Positions 10,791 to 24,678 are shown, counted from the first letter of the stretch. The stretch: DNA of 64,000 nucleotides from Gracilinanus agilis (GCF_016433145.1 NC_058130.1:544677913-544741912); one strand, 5' to 3'. Notes: generated by a model not told the origin, from the sequence alone. Numbers and translations are program-made.

Positions 10791-13700
10791 AAAAGGAAAG
10801 AATTATAAAGGCTTGATTGAAACTAAATGCTACAAAATTTTGATTCAACTTAAATCAAACAAGAGACATGAGAAGTTACCTCTGCTTTCTGCTTTGTACA
10901 GGTGAGAGACTATGGGTGTGGACTAGCACACATCATATCATATTTTTTCAACCATAATATTTGTTTTTGTTTTCCTCTCTTTTTTATTGTTGTAAGAGGC
11001 AGGTCTCTGTGAGGGCAGTTAAATGTGATGGGAAAGGCTAAGAAAAGTAGGTGTGGTAAAGACAAAAGATAATAAATATTTTTTTTAAAAAAGAAAGAAG
11101 TATACCTTCCTTCTGTAGGCAAAGTCTTGGGTCTAATGGACTATACATTTTGAAGTGAGGTTCCTTAATTGAATCCAAGTTCAATTGTTTTACTTTATTA
11201 TAAGAGAGGATTCCATTGATGGATGAAGAAAGAGAGAAGGGAAGGAGCATTTCTACAAATTACTATGACATAACAGCAAAAAGCATTAAAAATTTTGTGT
11301 TTTTTCAAATTTTATTTTTATTATCAAGCAAAACATGCTTCCATATCTGTCGTTGTTAGAAGAGTTTACTCATTCAAAGCCAAAACCCCAAAATAAAATC
11401 ATAAATACACTGATGTGAAAGATAGTATGCTTTGATCTGCTTCCATCCGACTCCAACAGTTCTTTCTCTTGGAAAAAAATGTTTTTAAAAAAATTTATAA
11501 TGTGAATAAATAAGATGCAAAAGAAAAATAAACCTTCATGTTAAGAAAGGAGACTACAATTGAAATGTCCATATGCAACAGAATGTAGTTTGAATTAAGC
11601 AAGTCATTGCTCCCCATTTTCAAACTCTCATGTTTATTAATCCTAGGAAGACTAAATTAGCTGCGCCTGGACTTGGCCAATCTGAGCAGCTCAGTTGTCT
11701 CTATGGTATCTGTTTTTATTTAGTAACATTATGTATTTTTGTCCAGCACTGCTCTTTTTCTAACATGACATTTTTGTACATGTGCAATGTTTTGGATCAT
11801 ATACACTGTACAGAGGTCAATCATTTTAATTTATGGAGGGTCCCAGTTGTTGCTTCCCCTAAACAGCAATGGAATTTTTCAATATCCTCAAAATAAATCC
11901 CCCTTCCAGAGCAGTAAACATCATATGACAGTATGTCAGGCATGGATTTGTTTCGAGATTATTTACTTACAATTAAACAACACTGCTGGCTCATAGAGTG
12001 CATTATCAGCAAAACCAACATTATTTGAAGTAGCAGGGGGAACGGCAAGGGTCCCAGAATCCGAAGAATGTAGTTTTCCCAAATACCTCAGGATTACGAG
12101 ATGCTATAGCACCAATAAATTTGTTCCTTAAAAGAGGCCAAAAGGAATCTTTAACTATTCTTACAAGTTTGAAAGTTTATGTTATTGATGGGGAGAGAGA
12201 ATGTGCCTTTCTCTTTTTGGCTCAGATAATGAATATTTCAGGGTGACCTCTTTTTTTCCCCCCTTTCTCCTTATGGTTTCAAAAAGTAACAACTAAGGGA
12301 GGGGAAGAAAGCTAGAGTTAGCGTACCTTTTGTGTAACCAGGAAATAAATATGAAATCCCTTTGGTGACACTGTTTGATCATATGTTGAAGATAGCTGTT
12401 ATATTTATAGGGTGTAAATTACCACGTGACCTAGGATCAGTTGCAGAGAAGAATCATTGATTTAAAAGTGGAAAGGATCTTAGGGATCATCTACTCCAAT
12501 CCCTTCATTTTACAGGTGAGGAAACTGAAACCTAGAGGACTTGTTCAGAGTCACACAAGTTGTCAACAGCAACTCAGGTATTAGGTGTCCAAATTCGGCA
12601 TTTTTCCCACAGGATCTCACAACTCTGTGAATCTATAGAAACCAACTATTTTTTTTTGCATTAGTTTAAAAAATAATAAATAAATGTATAACTATATAAG
12701 AAAATAAAAATTACAACGTAAGTAAGAATTAAAATAGCCTATCCGACAAGAAAGATTGTATTAGCCAAAATATTTCTCCCCACATCTGGTTTGTCTAAAA
12801 CCTGAGTGTCACTTATCACCATGTGTTTAGTGCCACGAGCTAGGGTTAAGCCTCACTCATCCTGCCAGCAGCAAAAGCAGCAGCAACATCAGCAGCAGCT
12901 TCCCATATCACTGCACCCATGCTGGAAGAGCCTGGACCAGATGTTGCTATCCCTGCTGCTAATAAATAAGAAAAGACTTTTATATTCGAAGGTAGCCTAG
13001 AGTCAAAGCTGTGTAGTACAGCCCAATGACTATTTTATCCTTTTGTTTTGCAGCCTTATTTTGTTAGGGCCCAGACCACCGTGCCACTCCCCAACATCTG
13101 CATACCATGCCTTCTTCTCTCCTGCCATCTTCCCCATCTCCTTCCTATAGGAATTCTGGCAATCCCCCCATCATATGTTGCCAGGGGTTATGTCACTTTC
13201 CTGTCATCTCCACCATGTCATCACACAGCCTTCCCCTTTCCAGCACCTCCCCATTGGAAAGTAAACTTGTAGGTGGAAAGGATGACCTCCTTTTTGTGTG
13301 TTTATATGTATACATACATATAAACAAATTTGCATATATAAACATATATACAAATCACTTAACCCCCATTGCCTAGCTCTTACTGATCTTTTACCTTGGA
13401 ATTAATACACAGTATTGATCCTAAGACAAAAGACAAGGGATTTTTTAAAAAGTTTAATGTGCATTGCTAATGCTTTCTTCATCACTTTCTTAAGTCTAGA
13501 TATTCAATAAAACAATAAATCAAGACCTAATTTGTAATGTATAGCAATTTCTGTGGTGTAATATTCCCACTGAAAATTTAATAATTTCTTCCCATATTGG
13601 TTCTCTCTTTTTTGTCTGATCTCTCTCTCTCTCATTGTCTCTTCTCTTTCCTTCTCCATCTATCTATCATCTCTCTTTCTCATTCTCTTCTTTCTCTATG

Positions 13701-16518
13701 TAACTATGTCCTCCTGAAATTTTTCTTATACTAGTGATTTAGATTTTTTTGGACTGACCTGTGATTTTATTGGTATTGAGAATTCTTAATGAGGAAACAT
13801 ATTCCACCAAGACAAATGAGCTCCTGATCTAAAACTTCCAGTCTTAGAGGAGAATCTGAGGCCAGATTTTAACCAAGGACTTCCAGTCTGTAAGCCTGGT
13901 GCTTAATCCATTAAGCCATCTAGCCACCCACCCAAGGGCACTAATTTCAGCAGAGTAGCCTTACTTCCTCCCTTAAGGCAATTGCCATCCCTTCACTTTA
14001 CCATCATGTTCCTTCCTGAGTAGAGTTCAACTGCCTCTGCAGGCCCCCCTAATTGTGCTCATGCCTCTATCAGCCCTCTCCCCCGACCAAGCCATCTTCT
14101 ACACAATCCTACCCAACCCACTGACCCAATAAAGCTTCTCAAAGGCAGTTTCCTTTACTCAAGGTTCTGCTGGATGTGAACCTTTCCATTTTCAAAATCA
14201 AAAATGGGGCTTTCTTGTGGACTCTCAGAACTCTCTACAATTTCTTCCAAACCTCAAGAGCAATCTTATTTATGCTCATCCAAGTTTTTATATTCATAAA
14301 TTTTCATGAGATGTATAGAGAGAATAGACCTTCTTCCAGAGACCCTGGAAACTAAAACAAAAGACTGAATTAGCAATTTGAGATTGACTTTCTTCTTTTT
14401 TTCTGTCTGTTCTGTTTCAGGTTGGGCTAGTCATGTAATCTCTTTCTGCCTCCATTTCCTCAACTATAAAATGGAGATTATAATAGTGCATACTTACTAG
14501 AGCTGTTGGGAGAAAATCAAATCTCATTTTCACCTACATGGTGCAATTCTTAGAGAACTGGCCTCCAAATCAGCAAACCTTGTATTGAAGTCCCAAATCT
14601 GACCCATATCAGCTGTGTGACCCTGAGCAAGTCACTTAGCTTCTTTGTGATCAAGGCCATTCTCTGAAACAATAAATTACAGAGAAGGTGCCAATTTCTG
14701 TTGGTAAAAGGAATTTTCTTACCTAGAAGTTCCTTATAACTAGGAAATCACAGATCCAGTTTCTATCTGAATCCCTTTATGCATAATAATGTTTCAAAGG
14801 GTTCCTGAAAACATGAGAATCTTGATACCACTTTGATATGGGCCAGTTCAAGGAGAGTAGCGAATGAAGTCACATGGGAACCAAAGCATCTCCAATCAAA
14901 AATGTAACTAAAAGAGGGGGAAAGTGCCTCAAATAAACGACCTCTTTCTTACTCTAAGTTATGTACTACACACAGCCATATGAGCATACAGAACCTCAGC
15001 TAGGGCCAAGTAGAAAAAAATAATAATAAAGGAATGGGGATTTCAGATAAGAAAGGGCCAGAAAGTAAAGGAATTTGGAAAGAACTCTGCAGATGGAAAA
15101 TAATGAATTCCAAATATTAAGGAAATGAGTAGGGTCAGAAGTGGAGATGGTGAGCAGACATAGTGCAGGAAGGCCTCTCACTGACATCCAAATAAAAAAC
15201 CTGTGGTCAGCATCAGCTGTCAACTCAAAAGAGAAAAGGAAGACCTGTGTGTCTACATCTTCTCCTGCTCTAATTACGTGCCTTTTCTCCCCCTACTGAG
15301 TAGCCCAGCTGGGGATTGCATGATATGATTACTTTGTGGTGAAAGAATTTGCAGCCTCTGCCTTTAGAGAAGACCAAAATGACCTCCTGGTTTTCCTTTG
15401 ATGTATTTCTAAGCCAGTAGTTGGACCTTGAAAGGCAGGCAAAATAGATATTAGCTCAAAAGTGATCTCTCTTTCCCCCTGACCTCTCTCCTTTTAATTA
15501 TATCTTTTATGAACAAGGAGCATTGCTTCACTCTCAGGTTTCTTTTTCTTGCAGATTTCTTATTACAAAACATGGATCCGCTCATTAGTTGGCCTCCTAT
15601 CAGTTGGCCATCTTTCTAAGACCGGAGATCTTTACTACTTTGTGACTTCAGAGAGCAAATTCTGACCAAAAGAATTCACCCGGGGGTGCCCGGGGCTAGA
15701 GATAAAAGTCCATAATTAGCTAGGTCCATCTTCAGACTATCACCAGTACTCACAGTGCTTCTGGTTTGATAAATAATCTATTATAGTTAATGGTTCACTG
15801 GCAAAGACTACAAGAACTCAGGGTCATTGTTGTATCACAATGGGGCATCACCATTAGACTTTTGCCATATTTTGCCATATTCTCTTGAAATAAGTTGCTG
15901 AGCCTAATTCTCTGACCTGAGGAGTATAGACCAAACTTAATCTTCCAAAGGACATTGACAGAAGACAAGGCAGAGAATCCTACTCCCTCAGCAGCTCCAT
16001 TTTCTTGTTATACCGTGCATACTCTCAGATTTTAATAATAAACTGACATCTATGTAATGCTTTAAGGTTTGCCAAGCACTTTGGTCACAACAAATTTGTG
16101 AAGTGGGTGGTAAAAGTATTTTAATTCCCATTTTACAGATGGAGAAACTAAGGTTCAGAAAGGCAAAAATGTTGAATGACTTAATTGTTTATGGCCACAC
16201 GAGTATGAGTCAGGACCAGAATTAAAATGTTCTGACTCCAAATCCAGTATGGTTTCCACTTCATGATATTGCCTCTCACAAGAGAACAATGACAATCCTT
16301 ACAAATAAATTACAAAATTACAATCCACTTCTGTATTACTCTGGGAATTGTGCTCTATGGGCCAAAAAGCTCCAGGATTAAAAAAAATTCTAGAAGAAAC
16401 ATGGAAAGAATGAGGATATCTAAAACAGAACTTATTATATTTCCCCCAAAAAAAATCCCTGTCCTTCCTCAAAACTTCCCAATATTTGTTGATTGCATCA
16501 CTATCTGATGATATTGTT

Positions 16519-16785
16519 CAGTGATGGGCAACTTTTTGAGCTTGGCGTGTCAAAATTCACCAAAAAACTGAGTATAATTCAGGTGGTGCGTCACTTTGAG
16601 GAAAAAACCATAATTTCATGATATTTATAGTTTAAATAACAAAAATGTATAATTGTAATATATAACTATATTTAATAAACCAAAATAGATAAGTTAATAT
16701 AGGTAGAATTGTCATCTATAGGGCACAGAGTGTCTACACTACACTACAGCAAATGTTTCATCTGTGGCATGTGGCCCCATACTTA
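16519..16785. mobile_element. hAT/Charlie (OposCharlie-like) non-autonomous element, one end missing
   Basis: Starts with CAGTGATGGGCAAC-TTTTGAGCTTGG-GTGTCAAAATTC, matching my recollection of an OposCharlie/OC1-type terminus. The other TIR is not seen; a MIR follows. Confidence 0.55.
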
Positions 16786-16796
16786 TCCTACCTAAT

Positions 16797-17052
16797 TAGG
16801 AAGTGGCTAAGTGGTGCAGTGGATAGAGTACTAGACCTAGAGTCAGGAAGATCTCAGTTGAAATTCTGCTTCAGATGTTTACTAACTTTGTGAACCTGGA
16901 CAAATCACTTAACTTTTACCTACCTCAGTTTCCTTAATTATAAAAATGGAGATTATAATAGTACCTTCTTCCCTCAGTTGTTATGGGAATCAATTGAGAG
17001 ATATGTGTAAAGTGCTTTGCAAACTATAAAGGACTATATAAATGCTAACTAT
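16797..17052 (+). mobile_element. Near full-length MIR/CORE-SINE
   Basis: tRNA-like head, CORE (cctcagtttcctt...taaaaatggagattataatagtacc), tail gtaaagtgctttgcaaac...tatataaatgcta. Similar copies at ~34640, ~37560, ~52790, ~54480. Confidence 0.85.
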
Positions 17053-20000
17053 GTACTATAATACAATTAATGCTATTATATGATAATATTAATAATAATC
17101 TATCTAATTATGTTAGTATTATTGTTAACAATTATTACTATTGTTAATAATGCCTTATTGTTTGGAATGCGTGGGTTATAAAAATGTGCTTCAGTTTATC
17201 ATCCCTTTGTAGATCATTTCTTTTCTCATGTCATTAAGGCCAGAATAGTGCACAAATAGCTCACTTTGATTCTCATTCCTCCTCCTCCTACTCTTTCCTT
17301 CCCTCTTCCATTGCCTAGTTCTGGCACTAGGAACCATGAGCAAAGCAACCCTGCCATTGTTTCTGGATGAATATTAATCTACTCCCTTATGGCTCCACTT
17401 ACCATTCCAGAGTGGTATACCATGACCAGAGTACCCTTCCCAGGCTGCCACTACCATTTGTGGGCTGTCTTCTCCGATAATATGTGAAAGTTCCAATAGA
17501 CCCTAGTACACTCCCTTAGTACATTCCCTTAACGAGCTTAGTGCCCCATCTTTCTTTTCTCTCCTTAATTCCTGCCCTCCCATCAAGGTACTTCAACATA
17601 CATACTGATATTCCTTCAAGCGCTCTAACTATACAGTTCCTCATCTTCCTAATTTCTCATGCCCTATCCTCTACCCCAACTCAATCACATTCAAAGATAG
17701 TCATCCCTTAATCTTCTGATCATCCACAAATGCATTGCTTGCATGTTCATGCTCATCTGATCATAATTTATTGTCATTCCATCTCTCCTCTTGCCAAATC
17801 CTGTTCTTTGTCCACAGTGACTTCCAGTCCCTTGACCCTTGGTTCTTTCCTAGTCCATCACTTGCAACACTTCTCTTCCCTATCTTGATCCTTTGGTGAA
17901 CCAGCTCAGCTCTACCCTGTTCTCTTCTCTTCAGTCACTTGTCCACAATTTCTTTGACAATCTTGCTCTGACAAGCCCCAGTCTTGGATCATTCCCACCA
18001 TCCAGTGCCTTCACTTCCCCACATGTGCTGCTGAACAAAAGTGGTGACAATTGCAAAGCTATTTTGCCTGGGTCCTCTATAAGTTTATGTTAAATAATAA
18101 AAACTGGGCTCTCACTGCTATTAGGTAATCTTTTAATACTGCCTTAATTAATTCACTACCCAATCACCTCAGCAGCTCTTCCTAGGCTTTTGTCTTCTCA
18201 AATTTCTTGTGTTTCCTCTTTTCCCAACCTCTCAGCTAAGAATTTTGCATCATATTTCACTGAAAAAATTGAGAACATTTGCCTAAAACTTCCTTTCTTC
18301 TCTCCTCCTTATCTCACATCACCCACAATTCACCCTTCACCCCTGTCTCACATGATGAGTTGGTCCTCTTTCTTGCCAAGGCTAACCCCTCTACATATAC
18401 AAGGACTCCATTCCATCCCATTTTCTCTAAAAGATTGTCCTCTCTAAGGCCTCTATTCTCACTTATTTTCAATCTCTGTCTATTGGTCACTTCCCTACTG
18501 TCTACAAACATGATATTGTCTCCTCCTTCCTCAGAAAACCCTCAATTGAATATTCTGTTCCTACTGTCATCTCCTATCTCTCCTCCCTTTATTGGCTAAA
18601 CTCTAAAAAGACCATCTACAATCATTGCTACCACTTCCTTTTCTTTCACTTTTTTCTTAACTCTCTTCTGTTTGGCTCCTGAATACATCATTCAATTAGA
18701 ACTGCTCTCTCCAAATTTACTAAGGATCTGTTAATCACCAAATTTAAAGACCTCTTCTCAATCTCTCTGCAGCATTTGATGTTAGCAATCCCTCTCTCTG
18801 TTCCTTCATCTTTTCCTCTCTCTAGATTTTCATGCCATTTTTCTCTCCTGGTTTTCTTAAATGGATGACTGCTTCTTCTCAGTTTCCTTTTCTGGATCCT
18901 CATCCAGGTCACACTCCCTAACCATTGTTGTCCCCCAGAGCTCTGGCCTCAGTCCTCTTCTCTTCTCCCTTTATATCACTAACCGTAGCAATCTCATCAT
19001 CTCCCATGAATTCAATTATTATCCAATACAATTATCTAAACCTAACTTCTATGCTAACCTCTTGGCCTCTAGTCTCACAACTTCAACTGATTACTGCATA
19101 TCTTAAGCTGGATGACCTGTAAACATCTTAAACTCAGTATGTCCAAAGCATGCTCATTGCTTTTCCTTCTGAACCCTCCCCTCTTCTGAACTTCCATATG
19201 ATTATTAAGGGGACAGTATCCTTCCAGGGACCAAGGCACGTCATCCTCAACTCCTTGCTCTCTCTTTACTCACGTATCTAATCTGTGGTTAAGGCCTTAC
19301 CTTTGTTGTCATTTCAGTCATGTCCAACTTTTTACAACCTCTTTTTGGGTTTTCTTGGTAAAGATTTTAGAGTAGTTTGCCATTTTTCCCCCTTCTCCAG
19401 TTCATTTGATGAATGAGGAAACTGAATAAACATGGTTAAGTGACTTGCCCAAGGTCACACATCTAGTAAGTGTCTATGGCCAGATTTGAATGCAGGTCTT
19501 CTGGACTCCAGGCACGATTACTGAACCATCTGCCTGACTGGTTTTACCTTAGTAACATCTTCCCTTGAAACTGCCACTACTCTGGTGTAGGTCCTCACTA
19601 CCTCAACTGCAATATCTTGATGTTTAGTATCCCTGCCAGAAATATTTTCTCACTCCAATCTATTCTCCACACTCAGCTGTCAATGTAATCTTCCTAAAAC
19701 CCAGGTCTGACCACATCACTCCTCCTACTCAATAACTCTAATAGTTCCATATTGCCTCCAGGATACAATATAAGCTCCTCTGTTTGATATCCAAAGCCCC
19801 TTACAACTTTGCTAACCCCCACCAATCTTTCCAGTTTTTAAGAATTCCCCCCACATACTCTATGATCTGCTGACAGTGGCCTCCTTAGTATTTCTTGAAC
19901 AAGGAATTCCCCCTCCCAATTGTTGGCATATTCCTTGGCTGTCCCTCATCCCTGGATTCTCTCCTTCATCATCTCTGCCTCCAGCCTACATTGGTTTCCT

Positions 20001-20219
20001 TAAAGTCCCAATTAAAATCCCATTTTCTACAGGAAGTCTTTTCTGATCCTGCTTAATTCTAATACCTTCCCTCTGTCGATTATTTCCAATTAATCCTTTA
20101 TATAGCTGGTTGTGTGTAGTTATTGCATGTTGTTTCCATTAAACTGTGAGTTCCTTGAAAGCAGAGATTCTATTGTCTTTCTTTATATTCATAGTGCCTA
20201 GTACATAGTAGGTTCTTAA

Positions 20220-20423
20220 AAAAAAAAAAAAACCCTCATCTTCTGTCTTAGAATTAATACTGAGTATTGGTTCCAAAATAAAAATATGTTAAGGGCTAGG
20301 CAATTTAGGTTTAAGTAACTTGCCCAGAGGCACAAAGCTAGGAAGTGTGTGAGTTTTGATTTGAACTCAGGACCTCCTATCTCTAGGCCTGGCTCTCTAA
20401 CCACTGATCCATCTAACTGCCAC
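20220..20423 (-). mobile_element. SINE1_Mdo-like SINE (first of tandem pair)
   Basis: Full SINE body on the minus strand, flanked by copies of the L2-tail target sequence. Confidence 0.85.
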
Positions 20424-20434
20424 CATAATAGGCC

Positions 20435-20439
<5 letters not shown>

Positions 20440-20468
<29 letters not shown>

Positions 20469-20648
20469 CGTACCTTCCATCTTAGAATCAATACTGTGTA
20501 TTGGTTCCAAAGCAGAAGAGGGGTAAGGGCTGGGCAGTAGGGGTGAAGTGACTTGTCCAGGATCACATAGCTAGGAAGTGTCTGTAGTCAGATTTGAACC
20601 TAGTCTCTAGAACTCCTCCTCAATCCACTGAGCCAGCTAGCTGTTTTC
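20440..20648 (-). mobile_element. SINE1_Mdo-like SINE (second of tandem pair)
   Basis: Full SINE body on the minus strand, flanked by copies of the same target sequence. Confidence 0.85.
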
Positions 20649-21892
20649 CATAATAGGTTCTTAATAAATGTTTGTTGACTACTTTCGCTCTCCCATTGCA
20701 CTTTCACAACTGAAAAAATAAAGGGGTTAGGAGGGAAAGAGTCCTTGGAATAGGAATTAATAGTCAAGCAAAGCATATTTCTTTTAAACAATAGATGGAT
20801 GGAGTTCCAGTCATGGACAGGGTTGGAAGTAAAAGATGTAAATGATCTTAGTTTCTCTTTAATAACTTGCATTTATGTAGAGTTTTATGAAGTCTTATCT
20901 TACAACTAACTACCTTATAAGCCAAGAAATGTAATTATTTTACCCATTTTACAGATAAAGAAACTAAGGTTCAGAGAGTATGAGTGGTTTGCCCATGGTC
21001 CCAAAGCAAGGAACTATTAAAGGCCTAGATCCAAACCCAGATATCCTGACTTCAAATCTAGGAAGCTTTTCAATATACTACATTTTTTTTCCTTCCTCCT
21101 CTGTCATTTCCCCTTTCATCTCAAGTTGTAATCAAAATAAGAATCTATGTTTTTCAAAACTTGTGAGTTCTTCCTAGGATATTGAGTCTAGCACTTTTTT
21201 TTTCCCCCATAAAAAAAGCATGGTCTGTTTTTTGCATCTGAGAGGAGTGTTTCTTTATTTCTGGGGTTTGTAGAATGAGAAGTTATGTAGTCCTTGGCTG
21301 GACATTTATGTCTGTTTCCAGGCTTGCCAAAAGGGCCCATACTGAGTCACACGATTTGATTTTATATTCTTATTCAGAGACCACCGGGATTGTAAAACTC
21401 CCTGCTGCCGAGTCCTTTTCTTGTAAATGACTCCACATATTTAAGAACACATATTTCAACTGCTCCCCACCCCCCACCCTGCCAGGATTGTTGTCCTCAA
21501 ACTGGAGAAACGTTGAGTATTTACATGTTTTCATTCTTCTGAATCAGTTGGGAAATGGGCAGCAATAAAGGCACTTTCTGATGGGCCTACTCAACCCAGG
21601 CCTGGCACCTGGAATTCACCAAGGACACCTTAAGTTTAAAAATGCTTGAAAGCTTCACCTCTCTTGTACTCTGGGAAGTCAAATGGGAAATCAAACCCCA
21701 AAAATCAGTGAGCTACACTGGTGCTTTTTCTGGTTTGCATGGGCCCCTGGGTGCAGATTATGAAATTCCAGCATCATTTTTTTCTCCCCAGCTGTCATGG
21801 TTCTCCAGCTTGACTTCAACATAATCTATGTAAAATGCCATATATCAGCTATTATTAGCATCATTATTATAATTGATGATAACAATAATATT

Positions 21893-22506
21893 TGTTCCAG
21901 CCTGTCACTTTGATCTTTAGCTAAATGCGTATATGTATATACATGTATATATGAACATATATTGAAATTATTATAAAGGCAGTAAAACTATTCCCCTCCC
22001 CATTTCCAACCCTAACCATGGCTGGGACTCCATTTATTTACTATGAAGGGCCAGAGACTGAGAAAGAGAATATAAGGAGAAAGGGGCTCTTCCAAGCAGT
22101 TGAGATGCTTGCATAAGATTTAGACAAACATAAGCACTTAGCAAATTTAAATAATGAAATGCCCATATTCTGAGACATAATTAAGACTGAGTAACAAACT
22201 TTGTCCCCTAATTTAGAGAGCAAAGGCAACATTAGACTCTTTGAGCTGGTAAAAGCAGCTGAGCTTAGCACCCAGTTAGGCTGTATGATTAGCTATATAC
22301 TAGGAAACTAAGATGTGTTCTTCCATTCTCAATTCCTCTCCCCCAGCTCTCTCTGCAGGAGGGGACCCAAGCTGCCATCCTCTCTTTCACCCTGCTGTCC
22401 CTGAAATAAGCACTCAACTATCTTCTCTCCTAGTTATAATTTTCTGCAAAGAAACCTCACGGTAACTAGTACGACTCTTGATTGGACACATCTGGATTCT
22501 AGTACA
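21893..22506 (+). mobile_element. Solo LTR-like element
   Basis: TG...CA ends, internal TATAA-like sites and LTR-like composition; no clean TSD. Confidence 0.45.
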
Positions 22507-22521
22507 ATTGTTTCATCCAAA

Positions 22522-22876
22522 TGTAGCTCTATATAAGGCAGTGTCCATTTCTCCTAATAAATGTATTCTGGCTTGGATTGGGGCAAAGAGTTGAGGGTCT
22601 GTGTTATTTGTGGGGACTTTGTGTAAGTGGTAATCCCCTGGAGATACTTCTTAGCTCTGAGCTGCCTTCCTATTATACCCCCACTGTTTTCTGCCTCTTA
22701 ATGTTACTGCCAAAATGCTTTTTTTTCATCTTCAATACCTCTCCAGATGTCCCCTACCTCTCTTTAGCAAGAGATACAAGTTTCTATCCTTGCTTCCATC
22801 CTGCTGTTTCTGGAATAAACATTTCATCTCTTTTAGGTGTTTTAGAGGTTTTACTGCTAGCAACTGTAGAGAAACA
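22522..22876 (+). mobile_element. Second short LTR-like element adjacent to the first
   Basis: TGTAG...GAAACA ends, AATAAA 22814-22819. Confidence 0.45.
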
Positions 22877-24647
22877 TCGAAGTTTCAAATAAGCAAACAA
22901 ACAAAAAGGATTTATTATGTACCTACTATGTGCTAGGAACTAGGGATAAAAATATAAAATAAAAAGGAGAAAGTTATGCCATAAGAAATCATTAGAAGGG
23001 GCAGCTAGGTGGCTCAGTGGACTGAGAACCAGGTTTAGAGTTGGGAGGTCTTGGGTTCAAATCTAGCCTCAGGCACTTCCTAACTCTGTGACCTTGGGCA
23101 AGTCACTTAACCCCCATTGCCTGACTCTTAATGATCTTCTACCTTGGAACCAATACACAGTATTAATTCTAGAAAGAAAGAGAGAGAAGGAGAGAAGGAG
23201 AGAGGGAGAGAGGGAGGGAGGAAGGAAGGAAGAAAGAAAGAATTACAATACCTAGACTTAATTAGTAAAAGTGTTCACTGATATTATAAATGAAGCTAAT
23301 CCTTCATCCTTCAATGTTGTTGCTCAGTCATCTAGTCCTATCTGACTCTTTGTGACCCCATGTTATCTATGGGGATTTCTTAGCAAGGATATTGGAGTAC
23401 TTTCCTTTTCCAGTGGATCCAGTGGATCCTTGTGTCAGGTAATCAGATTTATAAGTGACTTGCCCAGGCTCACAAAGCCAGGAAGTGAATGAGGCAGGAT
23501 TTGATCTTGGATCTTTCTGACTCCAGGCTCTTTATTCACTGAGCCATTTAGCTGCCTCTTTTATCCTTCTTAGCTCCCCTCCACTGTCTAATTTATCACA
23601 GTTTTATTTTCTTTCTCATTCTCCAAATTCTTAACTTTGAGTTACCTAACTTCAATTATATTCTGCTTAGACAATACTGTCTAGGATCATAGATTTAGAA
23701 CTGGAAGTTACCCACAAGGCTATCTAGTCCAACATCCTCATTTTCTAAATAATGAAACATGGACCCAAGGGAATCAAGGGACCTCCCAAAATCAAACAGA
23801 GATTAAACATAATTGTTGGATTTGAACACAGGTCCTTTGACTCCAAAGCCTGAGCCTGTCCAAGTAGGAATTCTCTGGTCTAAGTAAGAATGGCTGTTGC
23901 TAAGGCTATTAGTCCTCTCAGCCCTTTGACATCCTGCTAGCTAGTCTTACCTGGAAGTATGGGGCATCTACCTTGGAAAGCCACTCCCTGATTTGACTTT
24001 TTCCATTTTCTCTAGCAGCCAAGCCACCTCCTTTACCCAACTTGGAGATAACAATCTATCTAGTCCCTTTGGAAGGCATCGTGCCCTTAGCCTGTTTCTA
24101 TTCTAGTCAGTTTGAAGGAAGTAAGTTAAGAGTTGGTGGAAACTAAGGGGAACTGTATCCAAATCCCACCTCTGACACACCTGGGTGTAAGGTCCTTATT
24201 GGACCTCATTCCAAACTTCTCCTCACCTCTGCCTCAATTTCCTCATCTGTAAAAAGGAAAAAGTTAGACTAAAAGACCTCTAGTGTCTCTCAGATTTTAA
24301 CCTGTTTTCTTTTAAGTTAATTGGCTGGTTGTTAAGGCTGTTTCCATCTTAATAAAATTCAATTCCCTTAACTAATATTTTAGCCTGAATTTCCTCTCCA
24401 GAGAATATGTGGCCCTGTAGGTAAACCACTATCCTCTAGAGCCTCTGTCCCATGACCATTTTCTACACAGACCACCAGCAGATTTCCTATTATTCCTTTT
24501 TCCAAAAAACCCCAATTCCCTTAGGACTTCCCACCAAGTTCCTAGTTCTGGTCTTAGGAATGTTTATGCTTTTCCTGTCTCAAGTTACTAGTTTCATATA
24601 CTCCCAGAGGTCCACTTTTAAAGCTCATCATTCTGATGTCTTCTTCC

Positions 24648-24653
<6 letters not shown>

Positions 24654-24678
<25 letters not shown>

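Larger units (their letters stand above)
17480..20680 (+). mobile_element. Long degraded L2 (LINE-2) with nested SINE insertions
   Basis: C/T-rich L2 ORF2-like sequence and L2-type 3' tail (tagtgcctagtacatagtagg...ttaataaatgtttgttgact) split by two SINEs. 5' boundary approximate. Confidence 0.8.

Noticed and set aside
20216-20566. 116-aa ORF with poly-Phe
   Set aside because: Spans two SINEs and their T runs; not a gene.
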